The notes beneath the pieces are model-generated. The model searched no databases. It saw nothing but the letters and a program-made list of their open reading frames with translations, and was not told where the DNA came from. From Candidatus Poribacteria bacterium (GTDB lineage: Bacteria > Poribacteria > WGA-4E > WGA-3G), in assembly GCA_963664215.1 (NCBI GenBank), contig OY761015.1: a stretch of DNA of 64,000 nt; one strand, given 5' to 3'. The translations under genes and the position numbers were made by a program. Shown here piece by piece: positions 1 through 9,760 of the stretch (its first letter is position 1; every line of letters starts with the position of its first letter).

Positions 1-291
1 GTGGACGCTGAAGCTAATATCTTTAACGATTGGCGGTTGGTTCGCCACAAACCCTTTTGTAATTGCGTTTACGGTGAGTAATGGTGTCGGCATTCGGTTT
101 CCGCCCTATCCGATTTCTGTAGTGTATAGTAATTGTATGGTGAAACCCCCGTTTTGTCAAATCAAAGGGGTATGTAAAGTTTTTGGCATTCAATCCCGCA
201 CCACTAACCGCTACCCAATCCTGAAAATCCTTGAATCCTGTAAATCCTGATTCAGACAACTCCGATTGCTGACGGTTTCCAACAGCCAACC

Positions 292-2223
292 CTAAAGTGT
301 ATGTCCCGCGCCGGACGAAGGCATGTAGAGGTGCAAAGCAAAACTGATGAGACTCAGAATGCTGCGCGGGATATAGTCCCCCAAAACCAATCCGAGGAAG
401 AAAGGGATCGCTTTACGATAGGTCTGCCAACCCGAAAACCGGAGAATCAAAAACTTGATGAGCCAACTCACCATCACGGGGAACCAAAAATAGATGAGTC
501 CGCCCCATGACGCGCCTGAAAGCACGTACCCCGACGGATGTAGTGTCCACCATAATAGACGTGTCCGTAGGAAGTTAAGAAGGAATACAAAGACGAACCC
601 GCCACCCATAAAGACCATCGCGCTCACATCCGGTTCTTTGGGATGCTGTAACCAACTCTGAAGCGGATTGAAACTCTCCCATCCGAACCGTCCGACAACG
701 CCTTGACATTGTGCCAACACCCCGTACTGATAAGCGACTTGCAGATACGTCCAGAACGTCGCCAGTGCGCCGACAGCGATGGCAAGTGCCATTCCCAGAA
801 GCAACGTTTTGCCGGGCATCCCTGAACGTTCTCCAATCCGAAGCGATTCAATCTGGTTCGGCATCGGGTGTGAGCGGTTGCAACGGTTAAAAGCGTAAAG
901 AAACGTCATGACGGTGAGGTTTGGCGCGCCCAATTGCCGTGTCCCGAACATACTCACCATCATCTGTCGTGGATTGATACCGATGACCTCGTGGTAAGGC
1001 GGTCCGAGCTCCGCACGCACACGTCCTATCGCTATGGCAAACGCGATGAATAGTGCGTAAAATACGCTGATTGCCCATAACGACATACCCGCCGCATAGC
1101 AGAATCCGAAGACGAGTCCTATGCTCACTACAGTCAGGACTGCGACGGTCCGATAGGAGAAAGGTTCGTTGCCGTCGTCTCCGCGTTCACTTCCGATCAC
1201 GTGTCGGAAGAATCGGGCGAAATGCCGACGGCTCATCCAGAGCGTTAGCACGGCGATACCCACCCAAGCCCCCGATGCGCGGTCGTTGAGGTGCAGGACG
1301 CTGATGTTTGTGACCCCGACTGCACTGGCGATCACGCGTTCTGCACGGGTGAGCCAGAAAAAGAACCATGTCGAGAATGCAAGGTCGAGCGGCATGAAAT
1401 AGGTGAGTCCGACGATTGCGAGGTTAAAGGACATCGAGGCGTAGCCGATCGCGTTCCAAGGGCGTTCCGTAAAGTGTCGGTCGAGCCGGTAGTTGGGCGG
1501 GAGCGCGGGGATAACGGGGAAAATGTCGTGCAATCCAGCCATCACGCGAAGGAGTGCGGCGATCCCGAATCCGAACCAGAGGGCACGGGAACGGAAGAAA
1601 CTGCGATTGGTTGTCATTTGCAACGGCAATTGCGTTAAGGGGAAACTCAGTTTTTCGCGTTCCATCCACTGCTTACGGAGGAACAATCCTAAACAGAGCA
1701 ATGATCCGTAGAGCAGAAAGATAAAGCCTGACCAGAGAAGTGCGGGTCTAATCCAGATGCGGAGATGTTCTGCCCAATAGATGCTCGATTCGCCTTCATA
1801 GTAACCCGCTAACCATTCGAACTCGTGGACGGTGAGCCATGATGGGATATGGTGTAGAAAAAGTTGTGCCCATTCGTTTTCAGGACTCGCAAACCAGAAC
1901 GGATGTGCCAGCGTCCCCATGAGGATCGCCATCATGGCGTGTCCTGAGATCGTGGACACCATCGTCACCATAATGTAGATGAGTAGCAGTTCTGCGGGGG
2001 TGAAGGCGAGGCGTGGCGCGCCTTTGCGGAGGAGGACGTTGAGCGCGAGCAGGACAAATAGCGTGAAAACCGCATTGGAAAACGGTGAAACAAGCGTGTA
2101 GACGGCATACCAGAGTTCGCTCGCGATTCCTACCCAATACGCGTTAACAACTACCAGAATGAGTCCAACAATTAATGCTTTTTTCGTGATGACATCGGGT
2201 GGGTTCTCGGTTCTGGAATTCAT
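292..2223 (-). CDS. Large polytopic integral membrane protein (643 aa) of unknown function.
   Basis: Long ORF with many hydrophobic segments (>12 predicted TM helices). No recognisable catalytic motif. Confidence 0.5.
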   Translation of the reverse strand: MNSRTENPPDVITKKALIVGLILVVVNAYWVGIASELWYAVYTLVSPFSNAVFTLFVLLALNVLLRKGAPRLAFTPAELLLIYIMVTMVSTISGHAMMAILMGTLAHPFWFASPENEWAQLFLHHIPSWLTVHEFEWLAGYYEGESSIYWAEHLRIWIRPALLWSGFIFLLYGSLLCLGLFLRKQWMEREKLSFPLTQLPLQMTTNRSFFRSRALWFGFGIAALLRVMAGLHDIFPVIPALPPNYRLDRHFTERPWNAIGYASMSFNLAIVGLTYFMPLDLAFSTWFFFWLTRAERVIASAVGVTNISVLHLNDRASGAWVGIAVLTLWMSRRHFARFFRHVIGSERGDDGNEPFSYRTVAVLTVVSIGLVFGFCYAAGMSLWAISVFYALFIAFAIAIGRVRAELGPPYHEVIGINPRQMMVSMFGTRQLGAPNLTVMTFLYAFNRCNRSHPMPNQIESLRIGERSGMPGKTLLLGMALAIAVGALATFWTYLQVAYQYGVLAQCQGVVGRFGWESFNPLQSWLQHPKEPDVSAMVFMGGGFVFVFLLNFLRTRLLWWTLHPSGYVLSGASWGGLIYFWFPVMVSWLIKFLILRFSGWQTYRKAIPFFLGLVLGDYIPRSILSLISFALHLYMPSSGAGHTL

Positions 2224-2245
2224 GTTTTTGGAATGGTTGTCAGCT

Positions 2246-2266
2246 ATCGGTTATCGGTTATCGGTT
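2246..2266. repeat. Tandem heptamer (ATCGGTT) x3, just upstream of the membrane-protein gene start.
   Basis: Directly visible as 'ctatcggttatcggttatcggttac'. Confidence 0.6.
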
Positions 2267-2313
2267 ACAAGAGGGGTTTGTTAAACGAAAGCCCCTTAAC
2301 CGACAACTGAAAA

Positions 2314-3858
2314 CTATTCTTCAGTGATAACCTCATCTTCCAGAGGGACGATCGCTTGGGTCGTTGAAGGCGGTTCCGTTTCTTCTGGTACGGGGTTGAG
2401 ATACTCTCCAACTTCATCGGCATGAATGATGCGAATTGCCTCCTGCAATTGTCGATCATACGCTAAATTCACGACCTGATCAATACCGACATATAGATTA
2501 AAGAGTCGCTCGGCACGCTGTTTGAGCCACCGTAAACTGATGGTGATGTTTTCCTCTTCAAGTGTTTGCTGTAATTGTGGAAGTTCAGGTTCGAGCAGAG
2601 AAAAATCTTTTGGCATTTCGCCGGGCGTCTGATGCGCCTCATCAATCCATTTTGAGACGAAATTTTCGACGGAATCGGTGGAATCCGCCTTTCTGAGCAT
2701 GATCTCTTCTATCTCGTCAGGTTCCTCGAGATCAACAGAGACCTGCGGCGTAATGCCTACCTCGTTGATTGAGGTGCCGTTTGGCGTATAATAGGTAGAG
2801 ATGGTGAGCGACATTGAACCACCGTCGGAGAGTTCGTAGCGTTTTTGGACAACCCCTTTACCGTATGTTTTCTTTCCAACGAGGATGCCACGGCGTGTAT
2901 CCTTAATCGCACCCGCTACGATTTCAGATGCACTCGCGCTGTATTCATTCACAAGAACAACGAGCAAAATTTCTGGTGGACACAAAATATTAGGTGTCGC
3001 TTGGTATTCTTCGTTAAATTGCTTATTTGTTTCGCTTCTTGTTGACACGATAAGCCCTTGGTCAACAAAAGCGTCGGCGATGTGATAGGCGGCATTCAGG
3101 AGTCCACCTTGATTGTTTCGCAAATCCAAGATGAGGGCTTTCATACCGGCGGCTTGGTGTTCGGCAAGCGCGTTTTTAAACTCTACTTCTGTGCCGTCCT
3201 TGTTGCCGATGAACCCTGAGATCTGAATGTAACCGATGTCCCCCTCAAGCATCGTTGATTTCACACTCCTGATAGGAACAATCGCACGGGTGAGCGTTAC
3301 ATCGAAAGGTTCAAGAAACTTGCGTTGCACGGTGATTGTCACGTCCGTGCCGGCTTTCCCTCTGAGCAAATCAATGACATCGTCCCGTGACATTCCGGTT
3401 TTTTCGCTGAGATGAATCTGTTTACCGTTGACTTTGGTAATGTAATCTCCCGCTTGGAGATTCGCGAGTGCCGCGGGTGTGTTTGGAATCGGTTTAGAAA
3501 TCTTAATAAAGCCGCGATGATCATTGTAGATATGAATACCAAGTCCTCCGAATTCGGCATTGTAGAGATTTTCGACAGCGCGTTGGTGGTCGCGCCGTTT
3601 GATGTAATACGTATAGGGGTCATCAAGGGAAGCGAGTGCTCCTTTGATCGAGCCGCGGAACAGGTCATTCGTATCGTCGATCGGTTTATAGTAGTTTTTC
3701 TCGGCAATGCGGATAGCGGATGTGAGGGCATCGGTTAACATCGCACGGGTGACGCGTTCGTCTCCGCTGATGGCATCTTTTTCACTCGGGTTAATGAGCA
3801 GAAACGGGATACCGATAGCGATCACTAAGACGATGAAGGACAGGGTGTATCTTTTCAT
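2314..3858 (-). CDS. ctpA: Carboxyl-terminal processing peptidase (S41 family) with PDZ domain.
   Basis: PDZ-like stretch 'LQAGDYITKVNGKQI'. S41 core 'ALILDLRNNQGGLLNAAYHIADAFV'. N-terminal signal/TM 'MKRYTLSFIVLVIAIGIPFLL'. Start moved to internal ATG 3856-3858, which has a GAGGGA RBS upstream; the track ORF extends to 3954. Confidence 0.8.
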   Translation of the reverse strand: MKRYTLSFIVLVIAIGIPFLLINPSEKDAISGDERVTRAMLTDALTSAIRIAEKNYYKPIDDTNDLFRGSIKGALASLDDPYTYYIKRRDHQRAVENLYNAEFGGLGIHIYNDHRGFIKISKPIPNTPAALANLQAGDYITKVNGKQIHLSEKTGMSRDDVIDLLRGKAGTDVTITVQRKFLEPFDVTLTRAIVPIRSVKSTMLEGDIGYIQISGFIGNKDGTEVEFKNALAEHQAAGMKALILDLRNNQGGLLNAAYHIADAFVDQGLIVSTRSETNKQFNEEYQATPNILCPPEILLVVLVNEYSASASEIVAGAIKDTRRGILVGKKTYGKGVVQKRYELSDGGSMSLTISTYYTPNGTSINEVGITPQVSVDLEEPDEIEEIMLRKADSTDSVENFVSKWIDEAHQTPGEMPKDFSLLEPELPQLQQTLEEENITISLRWLKQRAERLFNLYVGIDQVVNLAYDRQLQEAIRIIHADEVGEYLNPVPEETEPPSTTQAIVPLEDEVITEE

Positions 3859-3959
3859 GGAATTTTCCCTCTGCGGTTCAAAATAAGACGCAACGTTTTC
3901 TGTGTTTTTGAGAATCCCCTCTATTTTAACACGGATTCCGTGTTGATGCAACATAATTT

Positions 3960-4922
3960 TTATGGATGGGGTTGTGTTTTCCAGCGGTTATGGAGCCAAA
4001 GCCACTGTTCTGGATGTTTATGGATATACGCTTCCAATTGTTTCAGCATCTGTCTGGTGTAGGTTTCAACGTCTCGTTCAAAATTGTCTGAAGGATTCGG
4101 GTGAATTGGCGGTGAGATATAGACATGGTGACGGTCATCGGGTTGACGGATACTGAGTGAGAAGAGGAGTGGTGCTCCGGTCCTAAGTGCTAATGTAGCC
4201 GGACCGCGGGCGGCTGAAGCCGTTTTCCCCAGAAAATTGACGAATACACCTTCTGAACCAGCGTTCTGATCTGCGAAAAAACCGACTGCCTCGTTGTTTT
4301 TCAGGGCACGCAGCGTCTCTCGGATCGCTCGTTTCCGAGGAATCAGCTTTAAACTCATCTGCTCGCGATGTCGCCAAATGTAGGCGTTAAGTCTCGCATT
4401 TTTCAGTGGGAAAGCAATGGCTTTCGCCCGATCCGGAATCAGCGCGCCGTATACAAGGGACAGGAGTTCCCAATTCCCGAAATGGGGTAGAAACACAATC
4501 GCACCTTTGCCACCTGCCAAAGTCGTATGGAGATTTTCTGCACCTTCTACGGTGACTGCGTCCCAGATGTTCTCAGTGTTGAGTTTGGGGAACCGGAGGA
4601 ACTCAATGCAGGTTTTGCCGACATTGATGAAACTCGCCTTGCAAATTGCGGTCCGTTGCGATTCCGTGAAATGGTTTCCGAACGCGATCTGTAGGTTATT
4701 TAAGGCAATCTGTCGGCGTTTTTTGATAAGAGAGTAGCACAACATCCCTATACCGCTTCCGAGTCGCAGTGCCCATCTTTTCGGAAGCCGACGACACCCC
4801 CATCCGAATATGGATACGATCCGATGGACGCATCTATCTTTCCATCTCACGCGCTCGCTATACATTCCGGTTTCCCCTTTGAGCATTAGAATAGATAGAG
4901 TATACCACACCTGCCTGTCCAA
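3960..4922 (-). CDS. Lipid A biosynthesis (Kdo2-lipid IVA) lauroyl/myristoyl acyltransferase, LpxL/HtrB family.
   Basis: LpxL-like N-terminus '...RWALRLGSGIGMLCYSLIKKRRQIALNNLQIAF', acyltransferase 'HFGNWE' motif, about 300 aa. The true start may be an internal Met at aa 20. Confidence 0.7.
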   Translation of the reverse strand: MDRQVWYTLSILMLKGETGMYSERVRWKDRCVHRIVSIFGWGCRRLPKRWALRLGSGIGMLCYSLIKKRRQIALNNLQIAFGNHFTESQRTAICKASFINVGKTCIEFLRFPKLNTENIWDAVTVEGAENLHTTLAGGKGAIVFLPHFGNWELLSLVYGALIPDRAKAIAFPLKNARLNAYIWRHREQMSLKLIPRKRAIRETLRALKNNEAVGFFADQNAGSEGVFVNFLGKTASAARGPATLALRTGAPLLFSLSIRQPDDRHHVYISPPIHPNPSDNFERDVETYTRQMLKQLEAYIHKHPEQWLWLHNRWKTQPHP

Positions 4923-5021
4923 AACAATGTATTGGCGAATACCTCACATGCCCTTGCTGATAAACATAAGGTGTGATACAATAACCGTATTCCGAAAAAT
5001 CTTTTCAAAGGTGGGAAGAAT

Positions 5022-5900
5022 ATGCAAGAACACAACGATTTAGCGCAAGTGGATAGCAATGACACTGGGACTGCACCTCTACAACCGATGGATTTCACGG
5101 ATATTCTGGACGGAATGTTCAACCTCTATCGGAACTACTTCCAATTATTTTTAACAATCGCAGTGGTTTATTTCGTCTTATCATTTGGTGTAGATATAAT
5201 TTCTGTATTTCTGCTTGAAACAGATGTTACGTCGAGTACAGGTCTGATGATATTCGTGTTCACTATCCTATTGAGTCTTGTGCTATCTGCCTTCGTCGTT
5301 GCTGGGTTGTCATACGCGAGTGCGGAGATCTATTTAGAGAGAGAGATTACCCCGGAGGCGGCTTTACAGCGAGCGTGGCAACGGTTTTGGACGTACCTCG
5401 GTAGTTTTATCCTCTGGTCGTTAGTTGTTGGTGGCTTGACGATTACAGTTATCGGTATCCCGTTTGCAATCTATTTTTCTGTTCGATGGGGTCTCTATGC
5501 ACTTCCTGTGCTGTTTGAGGGGACCACGGCGAGAAATGCGTTGCGCCGTAGCACCGAATTGGTTAAAGGCACTTGGTGGCGAACCTTTGGAATTATGTTA
5601 GCGATTTCTCTCATCTCTTTCATGATATATTTTATACTTGAAGCCTCTTCAGGATTCCTCCTCTCTTGGATTGGGGTTACTGAAGCCGAGGAACCTACAG
5701 GTCTTTTGGACGGACTCCGCCAGCTATTTTTACCCACCCCTGACGAAATTGGGTGGTTCTCTTATACGATTCGGCGTTTGGTAAGTCTCGGGATATCTTC
5801 TCTCACGATGCCGATTAGTGCCATCGGTTCTACATTGATCTACTTTGACCTACGGATTCGGAAAGAGGCTTTTGATATCGAGATGCAGATAACGGATTAG
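5022..5900 (+). CDS. Polytopic membrane protein, first gene of the MoxR-associated cluster; function unknown.
   Basis: 292-aa ORF with about 6 TM helices. Followed 45 nt later by a second membrane-protein gene. Confidence 0.5.
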   Translation: MQEHNDLAQVDSNDTGTAPLQPMDFTDILDGMFNLYRNYFQLFLTIAVVYFVLSFGVDIISVFLLETDVTSSTGLMIFVFTILLSLVLSAFVVAGLSYASAEIYLEREITPEAALQRAWQRFWTYLGSFILWSLVVGGLTITVIGIPFAIYFSVRWGLYALPVLFEGTTARNALRRSTELVKGTWWRTFGIMLAISLISFMIYFILEASSGFLLSWIGVTEAEEPTGLLDGLRQLFLPTPDEIGWFSYTIRRLVSLGISSLTMPISAIGSTLIYFDLRIRKEAFDIEMQITD

Positions 5901-5945
5901 GGACACAACCTCCTACCTTTCACCCACAACGTTAAGGAAATCGGA

Positions 5946-7055
5946 ATGCCTGACAATCAACACACCAACCTTGCTGGCACAATTGTTACGCTGTATCGCA
6001 ATCACTGGGGACTGTTCTGGCGGATTATGCTGCCGGTTGCGACCATCGCCGTCATATTAGAGATTGCGATGTTTTTTTATCTTCGTACGGGACTTGAGAA
6101 GGATATTAAAGATTGGGCTCACCGGCATGCTGAGGCGGTTACCGCTAATGTGAACACGAGCAGTGGAATTCATCCAACCTTGAAGTTTAAGCGTGAGGTT
6201 GATGATACAGGATCATGGTCAGGTATGAGTTGGCAGTTCTACCTGATACCCAATTTTCAGTCGACCGACGGTAAAGGGGGGATATGGAAATGGGAACTCG
6301 ATTTCCTTGGTCTCAATCGCAGTCTTCCAATAACGTTTCTGCTGCTAACGTTCTGTCCCTTATCGCTTGCTGTGGCCCGGATATCAGAAGTTTCACAGAC
6401 CTCGAATACAACGGGGGATCTTGCCACGCCGACTGCCCGTGAAATGTGGCGGGATACTGGACGCAAAGCCTTCATGGTTTTTGCCGCCCTTTTTATCTTT
6501 CTCTTGCTGATAGATGTAATTGCGAATCTCTACGGCTTGGTCTTATTGTTGGTGCCTTCGTTGGATCATATATTAACTTTTCAGTTAATGACAGTTTCCA
6601 GTGTTTCCCATATCTATTTTCTGGTGACGTTGAGCCTCTATAACCCGTGCCTCATCCTTGAAAACAACTCTCTTATAGGCATTTTTCGCCGAAGTCATGC
6701 GTTGGTGAGTGGCGCGAGAGTGCGTTTTTTCGGGATTTATCTGCTAATGGGTTGGATCGCCTCCGTCCTTACTTCGGTACTACTCGGTGTTACGTTATTG
6801 GTGTTTTCTGTGTTCGTTCCTGAGCTTGCACAGGTTCGCGAGGCGTTGTCGCCTCTCAAATTCTTGAGTCTCTTCATCGGTGGTGATATTGAGGTTGTAT
6901 TGCCGGCGTTATTGAGTGTTCCTGTTACAGTGGCGATTCTGATCGTCAAGAGTTTGATTACTACCTTCTTGGTGCCGATATGGGCAATTTTAACGACGCT
7001 GCTATATTTGGAACGGGTAAGTGTGAAGCCAGATACTCTACGAGAGGCAGTATAG
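5946..7055 (+). CDS. Polytopic membrane protein of unknown function.
   Basis: 369-aa ORF with multiple TM segments. Same strand and tight spacing with flanking genes. Confidence 0.5.
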   Translation: MPDNQHTNLAGTIVTLYRNHWGLFWRIMLPVATIAVILEIAMFFYLRTGLEKDIKDWAHRHAEAVTANVNTSSGIHPTLKFKREVDDTGSWSGMSWQFYLIPNFQSTDGKGGIWKWELDFLGLNRSLPITFLLLTFCPLSLAVARISEVSQTSNTTGDLATPTAREMWRDTGRKAFMVFAALFIFLLLIDVIANLYGLVLLLVPSLDHILTFQLMTVSSVSHIYFLVTLSLYNPCLILENNSLIGIFRRSHALVSGARVRFFGIYLLMGWIASVLTSVLLGVTLLVFSVFVPELAQVREALSPLKFLSLFIGGDIEVVLPALLSVPVTVAILIVKSLITTFLVPIWAILTTLLYLERVSVKPDTLREAV

Positions 7056-7057
7056 CT

Positions 7058-7684
7058 GTGAGGAAAAGAGTTTGTGTCGGTGTCATTTTCTGTTTTATCA
7101 CGATCTCTGAACTTTTTGCGATGACGGTCGAAGAACGGGCTTTCCGAGAAGAATTAGAGACGCGCCCGGAGATGGAGGTCTCTTACGAAGACTACCAAAA
7201 GGCTTTGGCGAAGATCTTGGAACCCACGGAGAGATGGGATGCGGATCTCAGGTATGTGTTGTTCCCGCTTGGCGCCATCGCACTGGGGATTGTGATCGCC
7301 TTTTTTGTCCGGCAAATCAGGAGAAACTTGATCGTTGAAGCGCGCGACGATGTATCGGATACCTCGCTGGAGCAAGTAGAGACGGAGCGAGCCGCCCTTG
7401 CCCACGCCGAGACTGCGGAGGCATCAAACGACTTTCGTAGTGCGCTCCGTTTCCTGTATCTCTCCGCAATTTTGCGCCTTCAGGAGCGCGGCGTACTCCC
7501 TTACGATAAGAGTCTCACCAATCGCGAATACCTCCATCAAGCGCAAGAGAACACCGACCTACAGGCAACACTCGGACCCGCGGTTACCGTTTTCGACGAG
7601 GTGTGGTACGGACACAAACCGTGTGACGCAGAGACCGTCGCAGATTATCGGAACCTGTTGCGAGAAGTCTATACAAGAAACTGA
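7058..7684 (+). CDS. DUF4129-like protein: N-terminal TM segment plus soluble domain.
   Basis: Position in the canonical DUF4129-DUF4350-MoxR-DUF58 gene order. Hydrophobic N-terminus 'VCVGVIFCFITISELF'. GTG at 7058 with an AGAGG RBS. Ends with a TGA stop. The track ORF started at 6980, overlapping the upstream gene. Confidence 0.45.
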   Translation: MRKRVCVGVIFCFITISELFAMTVEERAFREELETRPEMEVSYEDYQKALAKILEPTERWDADLRYVLFPLGAIALGIVIAFFVRQIRRNLIVEARDDVSDTSLEQVETERAALAHAETAEASNDFRSALRFLYLSAILRLQERGVLPYDKSLTNREYLHQAQENTDLQATLGPAVTVFDEVWYGHKPCDAETVADYRNLLREVYTRN

Positions 7685-7846
7685 ATTTAATTGAACTTAT
7701 GCAATCCCGCGGTCGGTACGATTTCCTAACCGCGCCATAGGGGGTCAATTTTAAAAAAAAGAGATGTGTTTTTGGTTTTCAAGAAATGTTTTGAGATTCA
7801 GCCTATGAAACCTCAACGGGGACTGGGTAGGTGAACGTATCGCCTT

Positions 7847-7932
7847 CAGCCCCAGCGGGGCGACATGTGTGTAGCGCGCCGGATTTCCCAAAGATGCAAG
7901 CCCCAGCGGGGCGACATGTATGTTTCTAAAAA
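7847..7932. repeat. REP-like family A: two tandem copies of AGCCCCAGCGGGGCGACATGTrTGT, palindrome core CCCCAGCGGGG, spaced 60 bp.
   Basis: Seen directly. The same unit recurs at 9607-9692 and 18012-18092. Confidence 0.8.
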
Positions 7933-7987
7933 TTGTCCAAAGCTTAGTAGGAACAAATGGAATTCCGTATTGTGGACAAAGACAAAT

Positions 7988-9121
7988 ATGCGAATTGTGC
8001 GAGTCTTTATTTTTCTTTCGATTTTAATCGCGCTTATCTGTTTCCAGATTTCGTGTGATTCATTCGTGGATGGCACGGTCCTTCATCAGACCTTGCGCAA
8101 ACTGAAGTTCCGCGTCACGGAAATATCGGAAATATATCCTGCGCGTTTGGAGCGGTATGATGCGTTGTTCCTCCAAGACCTCCACAAGGCTCCCACCGAA
8201 ACGGAAGTTAAGGGGATTCAGCGTTTCGTCGACGGCGGTGGTACCTTGATTGTGGCTGGAGATAATCCATTACTGAATGGGCTTTTCAGTGTGTATGGCT
8301 TGGAGTTGCGCCAGTTATCAGAACGTCAGGAATTCTCACGCCGAATTGCAGGCAAACCGTTCTTTCCGAGGCATCCAGTCGATGTGATTCGTGTCCGTAC
8401 AAATTCTGTTCTTGAACCGATGACGCGCGAGGTTGCTATGCTCTATAAGACAGAGGGCGGCGCAACGGTTGTAACGTTACGCGATGGCGAAGGACGTATC
8501 TTCTTTATCGCCTCTGCGTATCTATTCCGAAAAGATGGGCTACAGTATGATGAGAATAACACTGCGTTCCTCTATAATCTCATGTCAACACTTCCACGCA
8601 AGGCACGGATCGGACTGGCTGAAAAGAGGTATTACACGGCTGAGACAAAACCGCCGAATCCGTTTGCGGCACTTGTGTTTGGGACACGCGGTGGTTTAGC
8701 GGCTGTCTATATCTGCATCACCCTTTTCGTTTTTCTGGTACTGAGGGGACGTCGGTTTGGGAAACCGTTGGATGTGCAGGAGAGCAGTAGACGTTTAAGT
8801 GCCGAGTACGTTCACGCCATGACTGCGCTATATCAGAAAGGCGACACACGCTCAGAGATTTTGAAGCACATTCGCGACACGTTCAGGTCGGATCTCGGCA
8901 ACCGTTGGCGGGTCAATCCGAATTTGGACACGCCGACTTTTTTGGAGGAATTGGCGCATCGCGGTGCTGTCGACGGCAACGAAGAACTGACACATCTGGT
9001 GACGGACCTGGAACCGTCTGGTGATATATCAGAGCCACAACTGCTTGACCTCGCAAAGCGTGTCGATGCCTACCATGAAGTCGCAAATATCGGTAGGGCA
9101 AAATTGACTGTTCAAAGGTAG
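7988..9121 (+). CDS. DUF4350-like protein with a ThuA/GATase1-like fold and N-terminal signal/TM.
   Basis: Sits between DUF4129 and MoxR. 'GGTLIVAGD' motif. The track ORF start at 7865 lies inside the REP element, so the likely start is ATG 7988 ('MRIVRVFIFLSILIALICF'). Confidence 0.5.
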   Translation: MRIVRVFIFLSILIALICFQISCDSFVDGTVLHQTLRKLKFRVTEISEIYPARLERYDALFLQDLHKAPTETEVKGIQRFVDGGGTLIVAGDNPLLNGLFSVYGLELRQLSERQEFSRRIAGKPFFPRHPVDVIRVRTNSVLEPMTREVAMLYKTEGGATVVTLRDGEGRIFFIASAYLFRKDGLQYDENNTAFLYNLMSTLPRKARIGLAEKRYYTAETKPPNPFAALVFGTRGGLAAVYICITLFVFLVLRGRRFGKPLDVQESSRRLSAEYVHAMTALYQKGDTRSEILKHIRDTFRSDLGNRWRVNPNLDTPTFLEELAHRGAVDGNEELTHLVTDLEPSGDISEPQLLDLAKRVDAYHEVANIGRAKLTVQR

Positions 9122-9154
9122 ACAATGGAATATAACTTCAATAAGGAGAATCGT

Positions 9155-9424
9155 ATGAGAAAGATAGAATGTGTCATCCGCCCATTCAAATTAGAGAAGG
9201 TACAGGAGGCACTCAGCAGTGTGGGGGTTCGCAGCATGACAGTTAGCGAAGTTCACGGGTTCCGGCGTGGTCGTAAGTATATTGATCTGTCCCCTATTGA
9301 TGGACACACAATCGAAGGTGCCCCGAAATTGAAAGTCGAAATTGTTGTTCCGAGTGAAGATGTTGATAAAGTCGTTGAAGCCGTGAAACAGGCGACCGCT
9401 ACTAACGAGGTCTTACGGGATTAA
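9155..9424 (+). CDS. P-II (GlnB/GlnK) family signal-transduction protein homolog with a divergent T-loop.
   Basis: 'MRKIECVIRPFKLEKVQEALSSVGVRSMTVSEVHGFRRGRKY' aligns with the GlnB N-terminus 'MKKIEAIIKPFKLDDVREAL..GITGMTVTEVKGFGRQKGH'. Strong RBS: AAGGAG 6 nt upstream of ATG 9155. Confidence 0.65.
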   Translation: MRKIECVIRPFKLEKVQEALSSVGVRSMTVSEVHGFRRGRKYIDLSPIDGHTIEGAPKLKVEIVVPSEDVDKVVEAVKQATATNEVLRD

Positions 9425-9606
9425 AGCGTTTGTCTAAATTAACCTAAAGTTTGGACAATTCGTGTTGCGTGATAGTTGAGTTTTCAAGAGAATTTCTGTT
9501 TTTCTTTGATTTTGCCGTAGACACCTAACTTGGAGAAAAAGGGTAAATGTGCGAAAAGACGCGGTTTCCCCAGTGGGGTGATATATGTATAGAGATGAAT
9601 TACCTC

Positions 9607-9692
9607 CAAGGAGCAAGCCCCAGCGGGGCGGAATGTGTGTAGAAAAGAGGTTTCCCCAAGGAGCAAGCCCCAGCGGGGCGACATGTGTGGTC
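9607..9692. repeat. REP-like family A, two tandem copies: CAAGGAGCAAGCCCCAGCGGGGCGrmATGTGTG.
   Basis: Seen directly; 50-bp period. Confidence 0.8.
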
Positions 9693-9760
9693 CGCTAAGA
9701 ATTGTCCAAAGCTTAGTAAATTAACGTGAAAAAGTTACCAGCCGTTCGGCGTTTTTTCTC

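Noticed and set aside
23-289. 88-aa ORF at the window start.
   Set aside because: It overlaps two dispersed-repeat modules and has no RBS or recognisable domain. Likely a spurious ORF in repeat-rich intergenic DNA.
2265-2459. 64-aa ORF overlapping the 3' end of the S41 peptidase gene.
   Set aside because: Alternate frame of a well-supported gene, with no motif.
7847-7932. Mini-CRISPR (27-bp repeat, 33-bp spacer) here, with similar pairs at 9607, 18012, 14453 and 23499.
   Set aside because: Only two or three copies per locus, periods of about 50 bp, palindromic GC cores, and the same units dispersed across intergenic regions. This is REP-like behaviour, and no cas genes are present.
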